Assembly (NCBI GenBank): GCA_038214755.1
Contig: JBBQRQ010000083.1
Location: forward strand, 1-22,062
From: Verrucomicrobiota bacterium
GTDB lineage: Bacteria > Verrucomicrobiota > Verrucomicrobiia > Limisphaerales > CANJXF01
Length of the DNA stretch: 22,062 nucleotides
Direction: 5' to 3'
The translations under genes were made by a program, and so were the position numbers. A model generated the notes under the pieces. It saw only the letters and a program-made list of their open reading frames with translations. It ran no database searches and had not been told where the DNA came from. Positions 7,689 to 17,540 of this stretch are shown one piece after another. Every line of letters begins with the position of its first letter. The first letter of the stretch is position 1.

Positions 7689-8558
7689 CTAGCAGGGCGA
7701 GAGAGACCACCGGCTCCCGTCGAAAACAATTTGACCGCTTCTTTTCAAGAACTGCTGAGCATTCCGAACAGAGTGCTTCCAGCGCTTGCCGAAGTGTTGA
7801 CCATTTATGACCAACTCAACTGAATCGTTACAAAGATCTGGCAGGATTTTCTGAACTTTAGGGTGGAGTTCTACTGTGGACAATGGGCTTGCAGCCAGCA
7901 CATATAGGATGGCTTCGGAGAAAAGGCTGTGAGCCGAACGTGTCCCAACTTGAGCTCGAAGGAACTCATAATTGGCGGCTCGGAGCTTTTCCGAAAAGCG
8001 GCGCTTCAGACTAGATGCAGCAGACTTTTGGACTTTCTGAAACTCTTCACTAAGTTCGTCTGCTACTGTTTGTAATTCGAGCAGGCATTGCCGATTGAGA
8101 ATATTCCCGAGACGTGAATAAGATTCCAAATCTTTTCGAACGCTTCCCACAAACTCTGAATCGTGAAACTCAACGCCAAATTCAAAATTGAAATCCATGC
8201 CGGAAGGCGTGAGGTTCGCGGACGTAACTAAAGCGCAAGTGTGGTCAGCGACATATACCTTTGCGTGCAGGCGGGGCAAGTTGACAACGACGGTAGCAGG
8301 AATCCGCCTGTTAAAGGTGTTCAGCGCCTCCATATCCAACGAACCGCTGAGAACATTGGCGCTACGAACATCCGTCAGCAGCTGCAAACTAATGGACGAG
8401 GTTGGTATTCTTCGTTCGAGTTCGTCACAGACCCATTCCGCTTCTGCGGTTTTGATGTAAGGCGAAGCGATTACAAGTTCCCGGTTGACTGAATTTAATA
8501 CTTCTTTCAGCCCATTCCGAAGTGAACTGCTATGAAGTTTCAGCACAAAAGTGCGCAC
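7689..8558 (-). CDS. Phospholipase D-family (single HKD) nuclease-like protein with C-terminal winged-helix-like domain
   Basis: IASPYI, HAKVYVAD (HxKxxxxD), TSANLT..G...NFEFG. C-terminal region ...WKHSVRNAQQFLKRSGQI...WSL is wHTH-like. GAGGA RBS before the GTG. Confidence 0.85.
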   Translation of the reverse strand: MRTFVLKLHSSSLRNGLKEVLNSVNRELVIASPYIKTAEAEWVCDELERRIPTSSISLQLLTDVRSANVLSGSLDMEALNTFNRRIPATVVVNLPRLHAKVYVADHTCALVTSANLTPSGMDFNFEFGVEFHDSEFVGSVRKDLESYSRLGNILNRQCLLELQTVADELSEEFQKVQKSAASSLKRRFSEKLRAANYEFLRAQVGTRSAHSLFSEAILYVLAASPLSTVELHPKVQKILPDLCNDSVELVINGQHFGKRWKHSVRNAQQFLKRSGQIVFDGSRWSLSPC

Positions 8559-8975
8559 TCCTCGTTTTTAAAAGCGCGGTTCGCAAGTAAGTCAAGTGAG
8601 TCACCAAGACATATTTCTCCCCGTTCTGTCGAGTGAACTAAATTCACCGGCACGCCGTTGGGTTTTTGGTTTTCTTTGGAAATCATCAGGACGATTAAAC
8701 GTAAGTGAGTCCGACCTTTCCCGGCAACTTGAAACGCTTAATACATTCAGTCTTGCGGAACTCAGCACGAAGATCGTCGAGGAAAAGTAAGCGGACGACT
8801 TTGAGGATATCGAAGAGATGGGTGAGTTTCGCGCTCGAAAATGCCGGTGTCTTCGGCAAACAAACAAAAGAGAAAGCGGATGAGAAATTGTTTTCGTCTT
8901 GTGCACAACATGTGAGCATGATTTTTTAACTTTAATTTGTCGCGCCGGTCAAAATCAGTTTTTCTCTTCCGTCCA

Positions 8976-10433
8976 ATGATTGATTCCATTCATCCAGAAA
9001 ACGGCGGGTCGTCCGCTGATTTAAAAAAGACGCGGCGCAAAAAAATTTCCTCGGAGCCAACGCGCACGGACCGTTTGCCCCCACACTCAATCGAAGCGGA
9101 GCAGGGCGTGCTCGGCGCGATTTTTCTTTCGCCCAACGACAACATGGGCGAGTGCATTGAGAAATTTAAATGCGGCGCGGAAGTTTTTTATGACCTGCGC
9201 CATCAGGCGATTTTTCAGGTGTGTTGCGATATGTATGACGCCAAACAGCCCATCGACCTCATCACTCTCCAGCAGGAACTCAAGAACAAGCAGCAACTCG
9301 AGTCGATTGGCGGTTTCGCTTATCTGACCTCCTTGCCCGACAAAGCGGGGACAGCGGGGCATCTCGGTTCCTACGCCCAGATTCTTTGGGAGAAATATAT
9401 TTTGCGGAAAATGATTCGGACTTGTTCGGACGTGGTGGGCCGCGTTTACGAGCACGAAGGCGAAGTGGATTCGCTGCTCGATGAAGTGGAGACGAATATT
9501 TTGCGGATCAGCGAAGAGCGCGTGGAGGAGCGCTCGATGAAAATCAAAGACCTGGTCAATACCGCCATCGGGCAAATCGAGGAGATGCATCAAAACCAGG
9601 GAATGCTCACGGGCATCTCCACGGGATTTTTGGATTTGGACAGAATGACGACCGGTTTGCACGGCGGAGAAATGATCGTGATCGCGGCGCGGCCGTCAAT
9701 GGGAAAAACTTCCTTGGCTATGAATATTGCCGAACATGCGGCGTGCGAGCAAAAAATTCCGGTCGGTGTTTTCAGTTTGGAAATGAGCGCGGAAGCTCTG
9801 GTGCTGCGAATGTTGTGTTCGCGTTCGCGCGTGAACCTGCGTGACATTCGCGAAGGATTTTTGGCGGAGCGCGATTTTCCAAAATTGACTGGTTCAGCCG
9901 GAAAGCTCGCCGGCTCGCCGCTGTTCATCGACGACACTCCTGGTCTTTCCATTTTGCAATTGCGGGCCAAGGCGCGTCGCATGCACAGCCAGCATGAGAT
10001 CAAGCTCTTTGTAATTGACTACCTCCAACTGCTCCATTCTACTTCGCGCCGCGCCGATAATCGGCAGCAGGAAATCGCGGATATTTCCAACGGGATCAAG
10101 GCGCTGGCCAAAGAATTGAACGTGCCGATCCTCGTGTTGAGCCAGTTGAATCGCGAGATGGAGAAAGATAAAAATCGCAAACCCCGTCTTTCGGATTTGC
10201 GCGAGTCGGGAGCGATTGAGCAGGACGCGGATTTGGTGGGCTTGCTCTACAAACCGAGCAGTGGCGATGAAGACGAGGGTGGACAGGAGCAATTGGCGGT
10301 GCCGGTAAATTTATTAATCGCCAAACAGAGAAACGGCCCGACCGGCGATGTGAATTTGACTTTTTTGAAAAATTATACGCGGTTCGAGAGCGCCGCCAAA
10401 GTCAGCGCCGATGATGTGCCGGGTGAAAATTAA
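8976..10433 (+). CDS. dnaB: Replicative DNA helicase
   Basis: PPHSIEAEQGVLG, Walker A AARPSMGKTS, FSLEM, IDYLQL, LSQLNR, LSDLRESGAIEQDAD, KQRNGPTG. Likely start is ATG 8976. Confidence 0.98.
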   Translation: MIDSIHPENGGSSADLKKTRRKKISSEPTRTDRLPPHSIEAEQGVLGAIFLSPNDNMGECIEKFKCGAEVFYDLRHQAIFQVCCDMYDAKQPIDLITLQQELKNKQQLESIGGFAYLTSLPDKAGTAGHLGSYAQILWEKYILRKMIRTCSDVVGRVYEHEGEVDSLLDEVETNILRISEERVEERSMKIKDLVNTAIGQIEEMHQNQGMLTGISTGFLDLDRMTTGLHGGEMIVIAARPSMGKTSLAMNIAEHAACEQKIPVGVFSLEMSAEALVLRMLCSRSRVNLRDIREGFLAERDFPKLTGSAGKLAGSPLFIDDTPGLSILQLRAKARRMHSQHEIKLFVIDYLQLLHSTSRRADNRQQEIADISNGIKALAKELNVPILVLSQLNREMEKDKNRKPRLSDLRESGAIEQDADLVGLLYKPSSGDEDEGGQEQLAVPVNLLIAKQRNGPTGDVNLTFLKNYTRFESAAKVSADDVPGEN

Positions 10434-12851
10434 ATGACAAAATTCTCGTTACGTTTTGCCTGGCTCATTTGCCTTTTCGTATCGCTTTCCTCGGGTCGCG
10501 CGCAAACCTCTCTGACCATTTCCAAGATTGAAATCAAACACGTCGGGCCGCCTTCGGTCAGCGATGCGTTGATCCGCGCCAATATTCGCGTCAAAGAAGG
10601 CGATCCTTATTTGCGCGCCAGCATCGACGACGATATCCGCAATCTTTACGCGACGGGATTTTTCAGCACCATCCGCGTTTCAGAAGATGTTGTCGGTGAC
10701 AAAGTCGCGTTGACCTACCTCATGTATGACAAGTTGCTTTTGACCGACATCAAATTCAGCGGCAACAAAAAATTCAGCAATCGGAAGTTGAAAAAGAAAT
10801 TGACCGCAAAAGTCGGTCAGCCTTTGGACGAGCGAAAACTTTTTTCTGACGCGGAGGAGATGCAGAAGGCGTATCAAAAGACCGGCTACCAAAAGACGAC
10901 AGTCAAGCCCGTCATCGCTCCTTACGAACTTACTGGACGCGCGACCGTGACATTTGAGGTTAACGAGAGTCCGCGAGTGCGAATCAAAGACATCCAATTC
11001 GTCGGCGCCAGCGCATTTAAGGAGAAGAGGCTGCGGAAAGTTTTGAAGACAAAACGGCTTTGGATTTTTTCGTGGCTGACGGGGCGCGCCAATTTCAAAG
11101 ACGAACAATTCGAAGACGACGAAGACAAGCTGATCGAGTTTTACCAAAACGAAGGTTACATCGATTTCGAAATCAAAGATGTGCAGTTCGATTACGTCTC
11201 ACCGAGCCGGCTCATTCTTCGTTTCATTATTTCGGAAGGCAGGCGCTACAAAGTTGGCAACATCACGTTCAAGGGCAACGCCCTTTTTCCGACGGAGGAA
11301 ATTTACCGGGGAATTCGCGTCGCGGGCAAAACCAGAAAGGTGGAGATGACCGTTGGAAAAATTTTCACACCGAAAGGTCTGCAAAAAGATAAAGAGGCCG
11401 TCCAGGATTTTTACGGAGCCAAGGGATATATCGACGTAAAGGTTTTCCAGATCAAAAACGCCAACACCCAAACCGGCACGATGGATTTGGCATACGAAAT
11501 TGACGAGGGCACAAAATCGTTCATCGAAAAAATTGAGATCAAAGGAAACGAGAAAACCAAAGACAAAGTGATTCGACGCGAGCTGGCGGTTTCTCCGGGC
11601 GAAGTCTATGACATGGTGCGCGTAAAATTAAGCAAGGAGCGTCTGGAAGGTTTGCGCTACTTCGAGAAGGTGGACACGCAATCCGAAGAGACCGATGTGC
11701 CGAATCGGAAAAATCTGGTGATTGGTGTCGAAGAAAAAAACACCGGCAACTTCACCGTCGGCGCAGGTCTCAGCTCAGTCGATAGCATCGTTGGGTTTGT
11801 GGAAGTGTCGCAGGAAAATTTTGATTTGTTCAAGCCACCGACCTTTACTGGCGCTGGACAAAAATTTCGCGTGCGCGCGCAACTCGGAACCAAGCGGCAG
11901 GATTATCAACTCACTTTCATCGAGCCGTGGTTTTTGAACCGCAAGCTCCAGTTTGGAGTTGATTTGTATCACCGCGACCTGGGTTTCTTGAGTGATCTTT
12001 ACGAAGAAACCCACACCGGCGGGACGTTGAGTTTGTCGAAGGCGCTCGGCACCGAATTGCTCATTGGCCGGGTTTCTTACACGTTGGAAAGCATCAATGT
12101 GGCAATCGATTCTTCGCGACACACCAACGACATCGTGCGGGTTGGAACCAACGGGGTTCCCACCACCAACGCCGCCAATATTTCGCAGGACATCTTCAAT
12201 GAAAATGGACGGAGACTGGTTTCTAAATTCGGCAGTTCCATCGCTTACGACACTCGCAACGACACGCTGCTGGCGAGCCGCGGTCAGCGCACCGAACTTT
12301 CCGGCGAATTAGCGGGCGGACCTCTCGGCGCGGACACGGACTTTTACAAAATCGAAGCGAAGAGCGTTTGGTATTTCCCAGGATTTTTCGCAGGCCATAT
12401 TTGGGAAGTGGGCGGGCAGGGGGGAGTGGTCAATAGTTACGGAAACGGAGATCGCGGCCGGGATCGCGTGCCGATTTTTGATCGTTGGTTTTTGGGCGGA
12501 CTTTACTCGTTGCGCGGCTATCGTTACCGCGATGTTGGCCCACACGACCAATTCGATGAGCCGCTCGGCGGAAATACTTTTTGGTTTGGCTCGGTCGAAT
12601 ACAGCATTCCCATTATTGAACGATTGCGCTTCGCGATGTTCTATGACATTGGCAATGTTTACCGGCAGCCCTTCAGTTTGAATTCGGACGGCCGCGGGAT
12701 TTACAACGACAACTGGGGGATCGGTATGCGGATAAACATTCCGTTGCTCGGTCCGTTGCGGTTGGATTACGGTTTCCCGTTGACGCATGACAAAAACTTG
12801 AGCGACAAAGGGAGATTTAATTTCGGAGTCGGATTTCAAAGCAGATTTTAA
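10434..12851 (+). CDS. bamA: Outer membrane protein assembly factor BamA
   Basis: 805 aa; signal peptide; POTRA repeats (GNEKTKDKVIRRE); LGG..SLRGY loop-6 motif; FYDIG; GPLRLDYGFP; terminal Phe. Confidence 0.97.
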   Translation: MTKFSLRFAWLICLFVSLSSGRAQTSLTISKIEIKHVGPPSVSDALIRANIRVKEGDPYLRASIDDDIRNLYATGFFSTIRVSEDVVGDKVALTYLMYDKLLLTDIKFSGNKKFSNRKLKKKLTAKVGQPLDERKLFSDAEEMQKAYQKTGYQKTTVKPVIAPYELTGRATVTFEVNESPRVRIKDIQFVGASAFKEKRLRKVLKTKRLWIFSWLTGRANFKDEQFEDDEDKLIEFYQNEGYIDFEIKDVQFDYVSPSRLILRFIISEGRRYKVGNITFKGNALFPTEEIYRGIRVAGKTRKVEMTVGKIFTPKGLQKDKEAVQDFYGAKGYIDVKVFQIKNANTQTGTMDLAYEIDEGTKSFIEKIEIKGNEKTKDKVIRRELAVSPGEVYDMVRVKLSKERLEGLRYFEKVDTQSEETDVPNRKNLVIGVEEKNTGNFTVGAGLSSVDSIVGFVEVSQENFDLFKPPTFTGAGQKFRVRAQLGTKRQDYQLTFIEPWFLNRKLQFGVDLYHRDLGFLSDLYEETHTGGTLSLSKALGTELLIGRVSYTLESINVAIDSSRHTNDIVRVGTNGVPTTNAANISQDIFNENGRRLVSKFGSSIAYDTRNDTLLASRGQRTELSGELAGGPLGADTDFYKIEAKSVWYFPGFFAGHIWEVGGQGGVVNSYGNGDRGRDRVPIFDRWFLGGLYSLRGYRYRDVGPHDQFDEPLGGNTFWFGSVEYSIPIIERLRFAMFYDIGNVYRQPFSLNSDGRGIYNDNWGIGMRINIPLLGPLRLDYGFPLTHDKNLSDKGRFNFGVGFQSRF

Positions 12852-12854
12852 TTT

Positions 12855-13481
12855 ATGAACATGAAACCAATATTTAGAAAAACAGTTGCGGCCATCGGAA
12901 TCTTTTCTCTTTTCATTTGCGCGGCCCACGCCCAACCGAAAATTGCCCTGATCGATTTAAAAAAAGTTTTCGATAGTTACTACAAAACCAAACAAGCCGA
13001 CGCCAACATCAAAGATGAAGCCACCGATTTGGAGAAACAGCGCCAGGAAATGCTGGCCGATTTCAAAAAAGGCGAAGCGGATTGGAAAAAACTCATCGAC
13101 AAATCAAACGATCAAGCCATCACCGCCGAAGAGCGGGCCAGCAGTAAACAATCCGCCGAGAAACAATTGGTGGAACTGAAGGGTCTGGAGCAAACGGTGG
13201 CGCGGTTCGAGCAAAGTTCCCGCGCCAAACTGGAAGAAAAGATGCGCCGAAAGCGCGATGCGATCCTCCAGGAAATCCGTGACATCATCTCCAGCAAAGC
13301 CAAAGCCGCCGGCTACACCATGGTGCTGGACAGCGCGGCCATGAGCCGGAACGACACGCCCGTGCTGATGTATTCCAGTGGAGAAAATGACATCACGGAT
13401 TCCGTCCTCAATCAATTGAACGCCTCCGCGCCGCCGCTTTCCAAAACAGAGGAGAAGCCCAAAGCGGTTGAGAAGAAATAA
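12855..13481 (+). CDS. skp: OmpH/Skp family periplasmic chaperone
   Basis: Signal peptide, KIALIDLKKVF, long coiled coil, GYTMVLD...VLMY...DITDSVL. Directly after bamA. Confidence 0.93.
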   Translation: MNMKPIFRKTVAAIGIFSLFICAAHAQPKIALIDLKKVFDSYYKTKQADANIKDEATDLEKQRQEMLADFKKGEADWKKLIDKSNDQAITAEERASSKQSAEKQLVELKGLEQTVARFEQSSRAKLEEKMRRKRDAILQEIRDIISSKAKAAGYTMVLDSAAMSRNDTPVLMYSSGENDITDSVLNQLNASAPPLSKTEEKPKAVEKK

Positions 13482-13501
13482 GGGTTACTCGATTCTTCGA
13501 A

Positions 13502-13576
13502 GGTAGGGCGCGTCACTCCGTGCGCGCCGCTTGTTGCCAGAATCCCCCGGCGCTGCACGGAGTGACGCGCCCTACC
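13502..13576. repeat. REP-like inverted doublet, GTAG-foot family (GGTAGGGCGCGTCACTCCGTGCGCGCCG)
   Basis: Inverted arms between convergent genes. Near-identical copy at 18575-18650. Confidence 0.9.
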
Positions 13577-13625
13577 AGTCGGCGACAATTGCACCATTAA
13601 TCTTGGAACGCGGTCTTACCTGCTT

Positions 13626-13666
13626 CCTCTGTGACCTCTGCGTAAACCTTCGCGTCCTTTGCGTTT
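13626..13666. repeat. Degenerate 9-mer repeats (CCTCTGTGA/CCTCTGCGT/CTTCGCGTC/CTTTGCGTT)
   Basis: Read directly; short and imperfect. Confidence 0.4.
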
Positions 13667-13725
13667 AATCCGGAACCTTGCGCCTTGAGACCAATCGTGA
13701 ATTGCGAATGATCGCTCAAAGCCCT

Positions 13726-15576
13726 TCAATTTTTCCTCGGCAATGCTTTTAAAATTTTTACTCCAAATCGAAAATCCTGGAGAGGCTCATGGCCGATCAA
13801 GAGGACAGGTTCATAATTCTGCCGGACCCACTGCATGAAGTCGTAACCGAATTTTGGCTCCTTGCCGAAATAGTTGACTCCATATTCAAAGTGATCGCGG
13901 TGAATTAGAACGATGTAATCGGGAATGTTCGCGCGAAATGCGGCGACCATATTCGTCTCACCGAAAACTTCCATCTCGGGCGGACTCCACCCCAGGTAAC
14001 TCGTCGGATTTATTCGACGAGTGAAATAATTGACGATGGCTCCCTCGGGCACGACCGCGACGGTGGCGGCGGGCGACGTATTTTTTTCGATCCATTCGAC
14101 GGCGTCCCGAATGCCGGCGTCAGTCGGACTTTTCGTCGGGTTGGTGACTTTGATTTGGTCAGGCCCACTTCCGATCAAACTATTTTTATTCTGGTAATGA
14201 AATTCCGATTGCGTAGCCAGGCGCAGGACACCCACCAGCAAGGCCAGCGAGGATGCGATGCGAAAAGTGTGAAAGTGGACTCCGTATTTTTCGAGTCGTC
14301 TGGGCAACAGCCAGACCAAAAAATAAATCGCGCCCATCGCGGCCGGCATGGCCAACGCGAATCCGTAATGCCAAATACGAGTGAAAAATCCCATTTTCGC
14401 GAGCAACCCAAAACTCAGAATGGTCCAGAGCAAAGGGAACACCGTGGAACGCGGAACGGGGAACTCGGAACGCGGAACGAAAAAAAGAGTGAAGCCAAGC
14501 GCGAGAGTGATGAGCGGCAGCGAACGACCGCAATCGATCCAGGCAAATCCACTGGACGCCACCAGAAGAATACCTATCGAAAGATAAAGGACGATGCGTG
14601 TGCCTCTCGAATTGTTTTTGCGTCGAAATAAAACGGAGTAAATCGCCACGACCAGAACGAGCGAAATAAAATGGAGAAACATTTTGCGAAGATGAAAAGC
14701 GGGAACGTCGAGACCCAGACACCAGAGGTAATAGGCGTCTTTGGTTACGTGTGATTCCAGGAGTGGAATCCAGGCGAACATCACGGAGCGCCAACTGCCG
14801 TGCGTATCTTCAACGCTGTGGAAGTAAAAGAAAAATCCAAGCAAGGGCGTCAGGGCCGCCAGAAAAAACCCCCCAGAAGACTTTAGACAAAAAGAACGTT
14901 GATTTGTTTTCCACACACTGAGGACAAAAGCGACTGCGACGCAAAGAGCCAGCGCCAGAAAAATTTCTGGCTTGGTCAGAAAAACCAGACCGCAACAAAA
15001 TCCGGCAGCCAGCGCGAACCCGATTCTTTTTTGCGTGAGCCACTTCGACAAAAAAACGACGGCCAGAATGGAGAGGGCCAGTCCGTGCAAAACTTCGTGG
15101 GAGTAAGGGCAAAGATAAGTGTAGTTCCCAACCTGAGTGTATTGGCCGAAAGCGAAAACAATAATAAGGACAAGACAAAGAGTTGTTGCTGTCCACGTGT
15201 CCGAGGCGCGAAGAAAATTGCGATAAACCAGAAGCAACATCCCGGCAACAATCGCCAGGTTCGTGAGCACGAGCGTTAAAAAGGAGACGCCGAAAATTTT
15301 AAAGAGCAGCGCATTGAAATATTGTGAGAACGGGCCGCCGGGCAAATATTTCAAGTCGCGATAAAGAACATCGCCCAGAGAAATTCTCCACGGCACATAA
15401 AGCTGCGGCCCAAAGTCCACGAGGATGTCCGGCCATTTCAACCACGTTAGCGCGGTGACGGCGATGAAAACAATCGCGACGACGATCAGCCCAAGCCAGT
15501 GCGGTGGAATCTTCGTGAAAAACGGCGCGGGCGAATCTAAATCCGCCGTCTGTTTTTTTGGCGAAGAGGAATTCAC
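13726..15576 (-). CDS. Multi-pass membrane protein, GT-C-fold (ArnT/PMT-like) glycosyltransferase
   Basis: More than 10 hydrophobic helices; first loop DILVDFGPQLY...G..LYRD...GP; LTKPE motif; soluble C-terminal domain (...INPT...PDYIVL). Confidence 0.75.
   Translation of the reverse strand: MNSSSPKKQTADLDSPAPFFTKIPPHWLGLIVVAIVFIAVTALTWLKWPDILVDFGPQLYVPWRISLGDVLYRDLKYLPGGPFSQYFNALLFKIFGVSFLTLVLTNLAIVAGMLLLVYRNFLRASDTWTATTLCLVLIIVFAFGQYTQVGNYTYLCPYSHEVLHGLALSILAVVFLSKWLTQKRIGFALAAGFCCGLVFLTKPEIFLALALCVAVAFVLSVWKTNQRSFCLKSSGGFFLAALTPLLGFFFYFHSVEDTHGSWRSVMFAWIPLLESHVTKDAYYLWCLGLDVPAFHLRKMFLHFISLVLVVAIYSVLFRRKNNSRGTRIVLYLSIGILLVASSGFAWIDCGRSLPLITLALGFTLFFVPRSEFPVPRSTVFPLLWTILSFGLLAKMGFFTRIWHYGFALAMPAAMGAIYFLVWLLPRRLEKYGVHFHTFRIASSLALLVGVLRLATQSEFHYQNKNSLIGSGPDQIKVTNPTKSPTDAGIRDAVEWIEKNTSPAATVAVVPEGAIVNYFTRRINPTSYLGWSPPEMEVFGETNMVAAFRANIPDYIVLIHRDHFEYGVNYFGKEPKFGYDFMQWVRQNYEPVLLIGHEPLQDFRFGVKILKALPRKN
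14446..14480. repeat. Heptamer tandem repeat (GGAACNN)5 inside the glycosyltransferase gene
   Basis: GGAACGC GGAACGG GGAACTC GGAACGC GGAACGA. Encodes VPRSEFPVPRS in a loop between two predicted TM helices. Confidence 0.85.
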
Positions 15577-15602
15577 CGCCTACGCACTGGTTGGAGAAAT
15601 CC

Positions 15603-15810
15603 TGTAGCCGCCGAGGTAACGAGGCGGATCGCTCTCTCGAAAGGCAATGCCCGAATCTGCCTATCCATGTCGTCGGAGCGCGGACAGCCTTGTCCGCAAG
15701 TTGCCACCAGCGCGCAAGGAACACGCGGACAAGGCTGCCCGCGCTCCGGGACGACATGGGCGCGATGCTCGGCCCTTCGCCGTGGAGTTCTCCTCACGTC
15801 GGCGGCTACA
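15603..15810. repeat. Nested REP-like composite: outer GTAG-foot pair enclosing an inner GGAG-foot pair
   Basis: Outer TGTAGCCGCCGAGGTAACGAGGCGG (from 15603) and CTCCTCACGTCGGCGGCTACA (15790-15810). Inner GGAGCGCGGACAGCCTTGTCCGC (15675-15697) and GCGGACAAGGCTGCCCGCGCTCC (15725-15747). Confidence 0.85.
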
Positions 15811-15825
15811 TTTTTCAGACAAGCT

Positions 15826-17280
15826 CTAAGCATTGTAAGTGGTGGAGGAAACGTCTCCGCCGCGTCCAGTCCAATTGGTGTGAAAAAATTCTCCACGCGG
15901 TTTGTCCACCCGCTCGTAAGTGTGCGCGCCAAAATAATCGCGCTGGGCTTGCAGCAAATTTGCGGGCAACCGCTCCGTGCGATAGGCGTCGTAAAAATTC
16001 AACGCGGTGGAAAACGCCGGAGTTGGAATTCCTTTTTTCGCGGCGATGGCCACGACATTTCTCCAGGCGCGTTGCGAATCTTTAATCGCTTTCTTGAAAA
16101 ATTTATCGAGCAACAAATTCGTGAGCTTCGGGTCCTGATCAAACGCTTCTTTGATTTTGCCGAGGAACCGGCTGCGGATGATACAGCCGCCGCGCCACAT
16201 CAAAGCGATGCCGCCGTAGTTGAGGTTCCATTTGTTTTCCGCCGCGGCCGCGCGCAGCAGCATGTAGCCTTGCGCGTAGGAAATAATTTTCGAGGCGTAA
16301 AGTGCCTGGCGAATTTGCTCGACCCACTTGGCGCGGTCGCCGGAGATTTTCGGCTTCGGCCCTTTTAATTTTTTCGACGCGACGACGCGTTCATCTTTCA
16401 GCGCCGAAATGCAGCGCGCATAAACCGCTTCTGCCATCAACGTGATTGGGATGCCGAGTTCCTGCGAAGAAATCACCGTCCATTTGCCCGTTCCTTTTTG
16501 CCCGGCTTTGTCGAGAATCTTGTCCACGAGCGGTTGGCCGTCCGCATCTTTGAACGCGAGAATGTCGCGAGTGATTTCAATCAGGTAAGAATCCAAATCG
16601 CCTTTGTTCCATTCGCCAAAAACCGTGTGCATTTCATCCGCCGTCATGCCGAGACCGTCCTTCATCAACTGATACGCTTCGCCGATAAGTTGCATGTCGC
16701 CGTATTCAATTCCGTTGTGAACCATTTTCACGTAATGACCGGAACCATTTTCGCCAACCCAATCGCAACACGGCGTTCCGTCATCAACCTTCGCCGCGAT
16801 TTTTTGAAAAATATCTTTCACATGCGGCCAAGCTGCTGGCGAACCACCTGGCATGATCGATGGGCCATGTCGCGCGCCTTCTTCTCCGCCGGAAACGCCG
16901 GTGCCGACGTAAAGCAAACCTTTCGACTCGACCAGTTTGGTGCGGCGAATCGTGTCGTCGAAAAGTGAATTGCCGCCGTCGATGATGATGTCGCCCGCTT
17001 CGAGATGCGGGAGAAGTTGTTCGATAAATTCATCAACCGGTCTGCCCGCTTTGACCAGCATCATGACGCGACGCGGACGTTTGAGTTGCGCGACCATTTC
17101 CTCGATGGAATGCGCGCCGATGACGTTGGTGCCCTTCGCTTCGTTGGCGAGAAAGTCGTCCACTTTGGAAACGGTGCGGTTGTAGGCGACGACGGTAAAT
17201 CCGTGATCGTTCATGTTGAGGATGAGATTTTGCCCCATGACGGCGAGGCCGATGAGCGCGATGTCAGCTTTTGGTTCCAT
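15826..17280 (-). CDS. gnd: NADP-dependent 6-phosphogluconate dehydrogenase, decarboxylating
   Basis: [61 protein letters not shown]. Start ATG 17280. Confidence 0.98.
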   Translation of the reverse strand: MEPKADIALIGLAVMGQNLILNMNDHGFTVVAYNRTVSKVDDFLANEAKGTNVIGAHSIEEMVAQLKRPRRVMMLVKAGRPVDEFIEQLLPHLEAGDIIIDGGNSLFDDTIRRTKLVESKGLLYVGTGVSGGEEGARHGPSIMPGGSPAAWPHVKDIFQKIAAKVDDGTPCCDWVGENGSGHYVKMVHNGIEYGDMQLIGEAYQLMKDGLGMTADEMHTVFGEWNKGDLDSYLIEITRDILAFKDADGQPLVDKILDKAGQKGTGKWTVISSQELGIPITLMAEAVYARCISALKDERVVASKKLKGPKPKISGDRAKWVEQIRQALYASKIISYAQGYMLLRAAAAENKWNLNYGGIALMWRGGCIIRSRFLGKIKEAFDQDPKLTNLLLDKFFKKAIKDSQRAWRNVVAIAAKKGIPTPAFSTALNFYDAYRTERLPANLLQAQRDYFGAHTYERVDKPRGEFFHTNWTGRGGDVSSTTYNA

Positions 17281-17540
17281 GGTGTGAAAAGTTAAGTGGA
17301 TCGAGGCGTCACGATACAAAAGCCCAGGAGCTGCGCGAGAAGAATTTCCCCGGCGAAAAATTGTCCGATGAATCAGTCTGCTTCCACGGCCCGATCATCC
17401 GAAAAGCTTTTATTTTTTTTCGATGGGAATAACTGCGAGGGGTTTGTGGTTAATGGCAGACGCAGTCTGTCCCGGGTTTGGGTGAAGGGTCGGCATGAGA
17501 GGCCGAGCTGAAGAACATCCCTCCATCGTGCCAAAAGAAA

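Noticed and set aside
8596..8790. 64-aa plus-strand ORF upstream of dnaB
   Set aside because: Short, no RBS or recognisable motif, and in a region with several equally weak overlapping ORFs.
8976..10433. Intein in DnaB, or phage origin of dnaB
   Set aside because: Normal length with contiguous motifs, in a core-gene context next to bamA.
15667..16368. 233-aa plus-strand ORF
   Set aside because: Antisense shadow of gnd plus REP sequence.
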